A DNA stretch of 63,967 bases, filler included, from Reclinomonas americana ATCC 50394 (taxonomy: Eukaryota), in NCBI GenBank assembly GCA_048213135.1. It is 6 parts of 5 records of this genome, joined end to end, with 100 filler letters (N's around TTAATTAATTAA, not from the genome) between each part and the next. Parts side by side here need not be neighbours in the genome. Positions count along the whole stretch, not along the records: positions 50,644 to 61,956 come from PS015438.1; positions 62,057 to 63,967 come from PS015447.1; 4 more parts are not named here. The stretch is one strand, 5' to 3'. The position numbers were made by a program, and so were the translations under genes. The notes under the pieces are model-generated. The model did not search any database. It saw nothing but the letters and a program-made list of their open reading frames with translations, and had not been told where the DNA came from. Within the stretch, counting starts at the first letter, position 1. Each line of letters starts with the position of its first letter. Shown piece after piece: positions 51,715 through 63,967 of the stretch.

Positions 51715-54700
51715 GCAGCGCCCTCTGTCACGCCAATGATCCGACAGTACCTGGAGATCAAGCGCGAACATCCGGGCTACCTGCTGCTGTACCGCATGGG
51801 CGACTTTTACGAGATGTTCTTTGACGACGCGGTGCGAGCCTCGCAGGCACTCGACATTACAGTTGCGTGCAAAGAGTTGTCTTCTCCCGCGCTCTCCAGT
51901 GGCAAACTCTCTCGCGCACATGCTGCGCAGTTGACCAAGCGAGGTCGACATCAGGGCCTTGACATTCCCATGTGTGGCATCCCGTACCACGCGCTCGACA
52001 ACTACCTGCCGCGCCTCATTCGCAAGGGCATCTTGGTGGCCGTGTGCGAACAGCAGCATGACCATCCGTCATCGCGAGGCAATGCAAGCGGTGGCGAGGG
52101 CGAAGGTGGTGAGCAGCGCTCGCGGCCGCACATTATCCATCGCGCTGTCGAGCGCATCGTCACACCCGGCACTGTCATGGAGGAGAACTTGCTGGATCCG
52201 CGCAACCACAACTACTTGTCGGCCGTGTCGGTCTCCGACGACGGTGCGCTGTATGGCATTGCCAGTGCCGACTTGTCCACCGGTGTGTGTGTGTGTGTGT
52301 GGTCCCACTTGCGCGCGCGTGCGCCTGTCTCTCTGCTCTTACACGTGGTTGCAGGCGAACTGAATGTGCTGGCGTCGTCGCCACTAACGCTGTCGGCGGA
52401 TGTGGCGCGCATGGCACCCTCGGAGGTGTTGATCAGCGATCGGCACGAGGCCGCTGTGCTGCAGGCACTGACAGCATCGCGAGTCGAGGCACACGTAACC
52501 CGTGTGCCTGTCGACGACTTTGTGTTCACCTCGCGTGATTTCACCGCCCTCTGGTCGCGTGCCATGCGCTCCGACAAGGACGCCAGCAAGTCGTCGACGA
52601 CGGCGGGGGTGAATGCAGCGATGAGCAAGCTCGGGCTGTCGCCAGTCGAACGCGCTGCCGTGTGTGCTGTGCTGCGCTACGTGGAACGAACACAAAAGGG
52701 GCGCATACCGTCGTTCAGCGCGCAGCGTGCACGTGTCGACATCACCATGTCCATCGATGCTTCCACGCGCAAGAGCCTCGAACTGACTAGTACACTGTCG
52801 GCGTCGGGCGATCCCAAGAAGGGCAGCATTCTTGGCACCATCGACTACACGGTGACGGCGCCGGGAGCACGACTGCTGGCCTCTCGTCTGAGTTGCGTCG
52901 TTGCAAGGAAAAAACGATTCGTGGTGTTGTGAGAGCTCACTGCAGTGGTGTGTGCGCATGCAAGATGCACCAATCACCGACATTGCGCAGATCAACGAGC
53001 GACTCGATCTCGTTACGTTCTTCATGAAGGAACCGGGAGTTGCCAACAAGGTACCTTGTCGTGCGTCGTCTGTTCATGGAGTGATACTCATGACACGACC
53101 ACAGATCCGCGGCCACTTGCGTGAGTGCTCGGACATTGAACGATGTCTGCAGCGGTTAAGCGTCCGCCGCGGCACACCACGCGATCTGCGTAGTGTCGGA
53201 GATACTTTGGCCCTGGCGCACAAGCTGAAGGCCATCCTGGAGACCTCGCACCGCGCATGGCCACTGCCACCGCTGTGGGACACATCTACGGCGCTCTCCA
53301 ATGCCACCCTGCTGGCACTGTCGCGACGCATCGATGCCGCCATGCTCAATCCGGCCCCCACACAGTTTGCAGAGGAGGGCTTCTTTGCGTACGGCTACAA
53401 TCAGGAACTGGACGCCCTGAAGCGCACACGCTCCAACGGCGAGCACGAGATGTCTCGACTGCAGGAGCAATATCGGCAGAAAACTGGTGCGTTCGCCGTG
53501 CTGCACAGCGAGCGTGCGTGTTTGTGCAGTGATTCTCACTGTTGTCGCGGATACAAAGGCGTGTCCAATCTGAAGATCCGCTTCAATCACGTGGTCGGCT
53601 ACTTTTGCGAGGTGTCGCCGTCGCAGGAACACAAGCTGGTCGAGTGCACCGAGGAGCAGTTCACTCTGTGCCAGTCCGTGTCGGGCTCGCGACGCTACAA
53701 GACCGAGGTGATCGAGTTGATCGAGTGGCTGACCTTTGTGTTTTCTCTCACCACTGACTGTGCGCGTGTCGAATGACAGGCCCTGCGTCACAAGGAGGAA
53801 CAGATTCATCGAGCCAAGCACGAGACTTTTGATCTGGAAATGCGTCTCTTTTACGAGCTGTGCGACGAGGTGCGTCCACCTGGTGCAATACATCGGTGCA
53901 CGCCACTTAACATCGTGCGCAGGTGGTGGCTGCGTCGTCGGACGTGCGTGCCGTGTGCAACAGTCTCTCGGTGATTGATGTCTCGTGTGCGCTGGCCAAG
54001 GTGTGTGCGAGAGATAGAGAGAGAGAGAGAGAAGTGAGAAGTGTGCTCTGGTATGCGCAAGCTCCATCCACCTGCGCACGAGTTGTCTATGTGGCATGAC
54101 CATTGTGGAAAGCATACGCTCATTCACTTTACTTCATTTGTATCGCAGCTGGCCACTGATCACAACTACTGCCGACCGGAAGTCAACGACGGGTGAGTTG
54201 TCTGCGATGTGGGTGTTTTTTCGGAAAGCAGTTGTTCATGGTCGCACGCTGTACAGTGTGGAATTCGTCGTGGAGGGCGGTCGCCATGCGGTTGTTGAGC
54301 GCAGTCGTGAGGGTCGGTTTGTGCCGAACGACTGCGCCATCGATAGCAACAGCATTGTGCACTTGATTACCGGGTGCGCTGAGACTGTATGTTGCTCTTG
54401 TTTTCTTGTTCTCACGAACTGTGACTCCCCTCTGTAGGCCGAATATGGGCGGCAAGAGCACGTATCTGCGACAAAACGCCATTATTGCCATTCTGGCACA
54501 GATGGGATCGTACGTGCCGGCAACGCGTGCACGTCTTGGTGTGGTCGACAGGCTGTTTTCCAGGGTACGCATGCTGCGGCGTACTTTGTACCCGAGGTGG
54601 TGTCATTCCCCAATGTGCGGCGGTTGTGTTGCAGGTGGGCGCCTCTGACGACCTCGCTCGCGATCAGTCCACATTCATGGTGGAGATGACGGAGACGTCG

Positions 54701-55525
54701 TTGATTCTGCATCAGGCAACTCCACGCTCACTGGTGTAGTGTTGTCGCCCGTCATGAGTGTGCTGAAGACGTGGGTGACATTAGTTGATTCACCGTCGTC
54801 GACGCAGATTATCATGGACGAAATCGGGCGTGGCACCTCGACGTACGACGGCATGGCGCTCGCCTGGGCCATTCTCGAACACATTCACGACATGAACTGG
54901 TACGTGGGGCATGCATATTTCGCGACCCTGTCTCTGTGCCTCACCGATGTGGATCGTAGTTCACGAACGCTGTTTGCCACTCACTACCACGAGTTGGCGG
55001 CCTTGTGCAAAGAGCAGCGGAAAATCGTGCCGTACACACTGGAGATCATCGAAGATGTGCGTTCACTGCTGACATGCTTCTCTGCCACAGTCCATCTTGT
55101 CAGTCTCACTCGTCGTCGTCAAGGGCGACGATCTCATCTTTGCACATCGAGTGATTCCCGGCACGGCACGCCGTTCGTACGGCATCCATGTGGCCGAGTT
55201 GGCCGGCATTCCGCCTGCCGTGGTGATTCGTGCCAACGAAGTGCTGCGACTCATTGAGTCGCGCAGCCCGAGCGCGTCGCTGACCAACGCAACACCGCCG
55301 GTCACACTACCACCGCCACCACCACCGCCACCGCCATCGCCACCACCAGTGGTTGTGCCAGAAGACCCGTCGGTGGCGCTGAATGCCAAGATCGCCGACA
55401 TGGTGCGGCGGCTCGACCCAGATGCGCTGTCACCGCGGGAGGCGATGGTGAAGCTGTTTGAGTTGCACGCTCTTGCTGGAGATGCTGAGGCGAAGCGGGG
55501 ACGTCGAAGAGGAGGAACAACATGA
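51715..55525 (+). CDS. MutS1/MSH1-like (bacterial-type, probably mitochondrial) mismatch repair ATPase, ~15 exons
   Basis: [88 protein letters not shown]. Confidence 0.93.
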
Positions 55526-55563
55526 GTGAATAACAGGAATTAGTTTCGTTCACTAGGGGATGA

Positions 55564-58500
55564 TCATCGACCGTGCTGAGAGGGTCGACGATGCGCCTGA
55601 GCATCGTCTAATCGCAGCTGCAACGAGTCCATCTCACTAGTGAATGCCCAGTCGTGTGACTCGGTCACCGACGGGTTGCTGCTCAGTGAGCTGTGTGATG
55701 TTCGCAAGTGCCGTTTGGTGGAGGCCGTCAGCGTCAACTGCGCGCAAGCAAGTGGTGAGAATACTCCAAAGGCAGGGCGACAGCGAACAATGACGGCTAC
55801 CTTGGCAACAAAATTGTCGGGGCTCGACGGATCGTACGGTCGCAAGAGTAGCGACTGTGGATGGAGAGGAATGCCGAACTCGGTCATCAGTTCGTTGGCA
55901 GGCGTACCGGGAGAGCCCATATCCCAGCGCGGAAGCGACTGATGCGACATGGACTGTACATCGACAGACATTTAGCACACACAGCTTGCAGTTGCCTCTC
56001 TCGCAGAGCGAAGACACGAAACTGCAGTCAGTGCACCGGGTCGTCGCTTCTCAATCTCCTCGCGAAGCTCGCGAGACGGTGGCGGCGTCAGCGTGTGCTT
56101 TTGTAATCTGCGCGCCAGCATGGTGACATTGGGATCGCCACGCATGTGCGCCGGCAGGGGTTCCTTTTGCATATACATACTACAAATGAGCAACAACAAA
56201 AAGTGGTCTGGTTTGTGGTAGTTGCGCGCACCATCTTTCGTCGGCGCAGCAGTGGAGTGGTCGACGGCGGCGTTGGTGGCCTGGTAGGTGCGCGAGACGG
56301 GGATCGTGACGGCGACCTTGTCTGTTGTGAGGGACTCTCCTGCACGACACTGCTGCTGATGGTGCTGGTCGTTCGCACCGGTGCCGGGGTCGATATTCCA
56401 CGGCGGCGCGACATGCTCGACGGCTGACGAGACAACACAACTGAGTGTAAATGGAAAAAATGAGACTCAGAAGTGAACATGGTGAGCTCACCTGCGACCC
56501 CCGGCGCGCACCACGGACGGGCGCTGGCGACAGAGCCCCAGCAGCAGCAGTTCCACTGGGAACTGCGGTGGAGTTCAATGACGCCATGGAAGTGCCGGTG
56601 ACGCCAGCCAACTCAGGGAATGTGGTCCCCTGCACGGTCGCTGCCGGAGCCGGTGTGCTGGCTGCCACTGGCGACCCGTGCACGCTTCCGTCTCGTCCCG
56701 TAGTCGCGCTAGACATGGTCGATGCGATGGTGCCACGTCGCTCCATGCTGCAGAGCGCGATGGCAGTGAGTTCGTGAATCAGCGACGACCCGAGAGAGCA
56801 AGTCCCCACAACAACAACGCAACGGAGGCAGCTGCCCCTCCGATCCTGCCGTCTTCAACGATTTGCCAGAGGGTGACATGTTGGTGGTGCTACCATTGCC
56901 GCCGGCAACAGAAGCCGTGTCTGAGCCATCCGACGAGAGGTACGTGTCGCCGATGCCCTCCAGCACAATGATCGACTTGTCTGTGCATTTCACACGAGGG
57001 AATTGTAAGCGACCCACCGTCACGGACATCTCTGGATCGTCGCACGAACCTCCGTGTTGCCGTGCCAGTCGCAGAGCATTGCGCTTCAGTGGCTGCGGGG
57101 TGGAAAGCACAAGACATCAACAGCATGCACGTGGATGCGTACAACAACAACACACGCACGCACACTTGCAGTGTACATCGGCGATATCTGGTCCCTCAGG
57201 CCTTCGTCAATCACCGAGCCCAGAACATGCTGCACACGCGATCGCTCCTGCGACATGTTCTTTTGTTGCGCCTGCAGTCGCAATGTGCGACCGAAGAAGT
57301 TCGATCGAGTTGTCGGACTGCACAATCAGGGTCAGTTGCTCAGACACGTTTCCATAGGCACTGTCGAAAGGAAACAATTCCAACCTGGGCGGCATCTCAG
57401 TCCCAGCAGCACCAGCACTCACAGCGGCAGGGGCGGTCTGTGGCGGTTTCCGACTACTTGTTTGCGCGCCGTCGCCCTCATCGGTGGCGGCCGTTGCCGA
57501 CACCTCTCCATCCTCAGCACTGACTTCGACAGCACTCGGCAGGCGAGGTTGACTCTCAGTGACCGACGCTCGAGCGTGACTCTGACTGGCCGCCGCAGAG
57601 GCCTCCAAAGGGTCCTTCACTCCAAACAACTTCTCAAAGTCACGGTGGAAATCCTCCACACTTCGTGCTTGTTGGAGTCGCGGAGGCAGCCATTTGCGAT
57701 TGCCCAGCGCGCTGAGGAATGACGCTGCACAACAGAGCAATGTGAGAGACGTGCTGTGCGTGCACGTGCTACTAAAGAAAGTAGGGGCACACGCACCCTT
57801 GTTCTTCTCTTGCGCGGCCTCACGCTTTTGCATCTCCTTCAGAACCTTGTCTGACGTAAAGGCACGCAGTTGTTCGGACTCGTGCATTGTCTGCCGTGGT
57901 ACCAGCTGAGCGCCCTTCAACAGCGGCGACAAGAAGCCACTCGTATCCTCGTACTCGTCCTCCTCGTCTTCGGCTGGCTGGTCGGCACCACCCATTGTCA
58001 AGTCCTGTGTGCGCGCCAGATAAGTACGGTGTGTTGGTGGTACATGACAATTAGTGAACACAAACCAACGAGGAAGACGACGTGTCGCCATCCTGACGGC
58101 TGCTCGGACGCGATTTGCGCCGCTTACTGAGCCACAACATGAGCGGCTTCTCCGCTGTACACACACACATCTTGCGTCAGTCTCGATGATGATCAGACGC
58201 GGCAAATCGATCCAGGTGNNNNNNNNNNNNNNNNNNNNNNNNNNNNNNNNNNNNNNNNNNNNNNNNNNNNNNNNNNNNNNNNNNNNNNNNNNNNNNNNNN
58301 NNNNNNNNNNNNNNNNNNNNNNNNNNNNNNNNNNNNNNNNNNNNNNNNNNNNNNNNNNNNNNNNNNNNNNNNNNNNNNNNNNNNNNNNNNNNNNNNNNNN
58401 NNNNNNNNNNNNNNNNNNNNNNNNNNNNNNNNNNNNNNNNNNNNNNNNNNNNNNNNNNNNNNNNNNNNNNNNNNNNNNNNNNNNNNNNNNNNNNNNNNNN

Positions 58501-61500
58501 NNNNNNNNNNNNNNNNNNNNNNNNNNNNNNNNNNNNNNNNNNNNNNNNNNNNNNNNNNNNNNNNNNNNNNNNNNNNNNNNNNNNNNNNNNNNNNNNNNNN
58601 NNNNNNNNNNNNNNNNNNNNNNNNNNNNNNNNNNNNNNNNNNNNNNNNNNNNNNNNNNNNNNNNNNNNNNNNNNNNNNNNNNNNNNNNNNNNNNNNNNNN
58701 NNNNNNNNNNNNNNNNNNNNNNNNNNNNNNNNNNNNNNNNNNNNNNNNNNNNNNNNNNNNNNNNNNNNNNNNNNNNNNNNNNNNNNNNNNNNNNNNNNNN
58801 NNNNNNNNNNNNNNNNNNNNNNNNNNNNNNNNNNNNNNNNNNNNNNNNNNNNNNNNNNNNNNNNNNNNNNNNNNNNNNNNNNNNNNNNNNNNNNNNNNNN
58901 NNNNNNNNNNNNNNNNNNNNNNNNNNNNNNNNNNNNNNNNNNNNNNNNNNNNNNNNNNNNNNNNNNNNNNNNNNNNNNNNNNNNNNNNNNNNNNNNCGTA
59001 CCCTTTTTCTGCGAAAACGGATCGGGCTCCTCCAGGCGCCACGCACGGATCTTGCCATCATCGGCACCAATCAATACCTGCAGCACAAGGAAAAATTAGA
59101 GGACATATCAAGCCGACAACTGAGCAGCACATGAACACAACGCAACTGTCTTGATGTCGCGAACGTACAGCATCTGGCGAACATTGCCCTCCATCACATC
59201 CCACCGCACATGTTCCTGCTCCATCATCTCATGAGCACACAACACACGAGGAGACTGACGCACAGGCCAGAGGCCGACCCAGGACGTACCTCCAGCGTTC
59301 CGTCAGGAAGCACAGAGTAAGTGTGCACGCTGTTTTTCAACGTGCTGAACATGAGCATGTTCGACTCGGGTGCAAAGAACATTTCGTGAATGATGAAATC
59401 CTCGAAAGCCACCTCCTGCACGCACATCCCGTCCGCATTCTGTCGAAGTGGGAAAAGGTTGGGTGTCAGTCAATTCATACAGAGACAGAGAGTGTGCGAG
59501 GCGGGGTGACTAACCCAAATTCTCACGGTTTCGTCTTGCGACGACGTGACCCAGAAATCGACAGCCGGCGCGTACACCACCTACATCACATTGTGCTGTC
59601 AACAACACAACGCACGTCGTCGCCACTGCCCAAGATGCGTGTACGCGACAAACCTTGAAGACCTCGCCTGTGTGTCCTTCGAGTTTGAACAGGAGCGCGG
59701 TACTGGCGAGGTCCCACACGCGCGCAAAGTCGTCGTGACCCCACGTGGCGAGGTGACCGCGTTCAGGCGACAAGGCCATGCTGCACGCAAGCATCAATGA
59801 GTGTGGGTGAGGGTGTTTGAACTGTACACGAGCATCAGCGATCCAGCTCACCCTTTCATCGGCACAGTCTCTTCCGAGCCGAGGACACGCACAGGGTCCC
59901 ACTTGTCGATGGTCCAATAGATGGCCGCACCATCTTCGGCACACGTGATCTGTGTGTGTGACAAGTAGGTCAGGAGAATGGTACTAAAAATGGGGGATGA
60001 CAACGGAGGAGCAACGCACCAGCATCTTCTTCCACCGTACCAAGCCGCGAATGGGAGCTGTGTGTGTCCTCAGTACGGCAAGTGGAGCCCGTCGAGTGCC
60101 ATCTGTGGTTCGCATGGCGTGGAACACATCTGCACACACAACCACCCCCTTGAGTGAATCGGAAAAGACTGAGAGGCAAAGCGCAAGTATACGCAACACA
60201 CGAGTCCATTTGCACATCCCACGTAGATACGCCGCAGCTGGGCGTCCAACTGCATGGCAGTCGGCGGCGCCTTGACGTCGGCATGGTGATGCGATCTGTG
60301 ATTGCGGAAACGGTGAGAAATCGATCTGAATGTGGGTTCACTCACGGACGACGCACTTGATGTTACCAAAGGTCTCCAGTTCGCACGTCCAGTAGCGCAG
60401 CGTCTTGTCGACGCCAAGACTGAACATGACAAGACTCGGAGAAATGTGGTCCACTGTGCGCAGAATAGAAAGTGAGCTCGCGACATAAAGAGTTCATCTT
60501 GCGTACTATGCCAAAGAACGCAACAATCGACATGGTACGCCAGTGCATTGACGCCCTCCACATGACCCGCCATCACACTCACGCAGGCGCGCAAGTTGAA
60601 CTGCCACAGTTCGAGATCGCCGTTCGAGCATCCACCAACCACTCGCTCGCCATGCTCGCCCTGAAATCCGTTCGGGAGCACCATGAGGTGTGTGACGCGA
60701 CGCCGGCCTTGTGGCGGATAGAACCGATTGGCCATGCGGTCGCTGATGACGGTCTTGCTCTTCATGTCCACCACCTGGGGTGCACGCGGAGATGTGAGAT
60801 ATAAACAAGCGAATCGATCACGTGACGATTGGAAGGAGACGCAACTTGAGGCGTGTACTGCGAGGTGGCCATCCACAACAGATCGGTGGAGGGCGAGTAG
60901 ATTGTGGCCATGACATTTTCGCGAATGTTGGGAATGGTGGACAGCAGCTCGCCCTGCATGCTCCAGAAGCACAGCTCTTGTTTGAAGGTGATGGTGAAGA
61001 AACTGCGATGCGACGACAGTCAATAGTGTCCGTGCGCACGACGGAGCGAAAGCAATCTCTCTCGAGTGCACGACGCAACAAGCGCGAGTCCTTGTTGAAG
61101 CCCACATCTTGCACGGCGCCACCCGTGTGGATCTCCTTCAGCTTGTTGTAGGTGGTCGAGTCGCGAATGTGCACCACACCCTCGAAACTGGTGATATCAT
61201 CATCACACACACAATAACGTGATGAGTGAATAAAGATACCGACGCGCCGCGCTGTGTACACACACACCTGGATGTAATGATGCGCTCCTCGGCAATGCGA
61301 ATGCACGAGATAATGTCGCCCTGCACCTCAATCGGATCCAGTCGCTCAATGACCGGCTTCTCACCATCGACCGTGCCCTCAATGTGCAACACCTCCATTC
61401 GATCAATAGTGCCCAACAGCATGTGATTATGCACCGCGTTCCACGCCATGCAGTACAGCGGCGACGTCAACTGCTCATAATATAGTGAGTGAAAAACCGC

Positions 61501-61815
61501 AGCGAGACCGTTTGGTCCAGCTGCTCATCCCAACGGTCTCGGCGCACCTTTCGCATATCAACGACCTCGCCACGCAGGTTCCACACCAGCAGGCGCATAT
61601 CCAGTGAGCATGAGAACAGCTGCTTGCGTTCCTCTCTGCAACGCGCAATGAGTAACCAATTGCCACCACGCAAACTTCAACAACCAATCTCACACTTCGT
61701 GCGCGCATCACTCACCCAAAGATCAATCCCGTAACCCATCCCAAATGCCCATACATGGTCCGCTCAACTTTCCCCGACTCCACATCCCACTGCCGAATCA
61801 CTCCATCACGATACC
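55564..61815 (-). CDS. Large WD40-repeat protein with low-complexity C-terminal region, 5' partial
   Basis: GYRDGVIRQWDVESG..GHLGWVT, SCSLDMRLLVWN, GCSNGDLELWQ..GHVEGVN, TWGHDDFARVWD..GHTGEV. Confidence 0.8.
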
Positions 61816-62163
61816 CTGCGTGCACACATGAATGAGAGAAAGATTTGAGTGTGTGAGAGAGAGAGCAACACACATTCTTTGTCTCCTTTTTCTCCGCGTC
61901 TTCCGTCCTTGTTCTCTCCTCTCTCTTTTGCTCTCTCTCTCTCTCTCACTGGGGGGNNNNNNNNNNNNNNNNNNNNNNNNNNNNNNNNNNNNNNNNNNNN
62001 TTAATTAATTAANNNNNNNNNNNNNNNNNNNNNNNNNNNNNNNNNNNNNNNNNNNNCCATCGTCCTCGCGAACTGTACTCTTCTCGGCTTCATTACGTAC
62101 TGAAAGGGGAGAGAATGGGAAAAAACACACACACACAGACATATGCACATGCACAAGAGCGCG

Positions 62164-63898
<1,735 letters not shown>

Positions 63899-63967
63899 CT
63901 GTTTTCATGCCCCCCCAAAACACACGTGTACACAGAGTGAGGGGAGGATGGATCCATGTGGCACGAG

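Overview
Gene-dense, intron-rich (mostly ~50-130 nt introns, CA/GA microsatellite-rich) nuclear DNA of a microbial eukaryote. Amoebozoa is a tentative guess from a DUSE-like snRNA promoter element. The window is six scaffolds joined by artificial N44-TTAATTAATTAA-N44 linkers, and several small internal contigs look inverted. Spliced genes read by hand: FG-nucleoporin, thymidine kinase, BLTP3/SHIP164-like lipid-transfer protein with PH domain, Bin3/MEPCE methyltransferase, MADS-box factor, mitochondrial bL33, SUEL-lectin/EGF protein, ferric reductase, USP40-like protease, TTLL12, kynurenine monooxygenase, FtsX-like permease, RBM25-like PWI protein, RRM-TGS1-like methyltransferase, organellar MutS, WD40 protein and a MAPK. 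Main discovery: at least 32 introns, many fixed by conserved protein motifs, use a shifted 5' splice site N|GTTGCG(T), in which the usual +5 G sits at +6 and the -1 G is almost always absent. The same window carries a structurally complete variant U1 snRNA gene (42884-43038) whose 5' arm ATACGTAAC (canonical ATACTTACC) is complementary to that donor class. This suggests a dedicated variant U1 and intron class working alongside canonical GT-AG introns.
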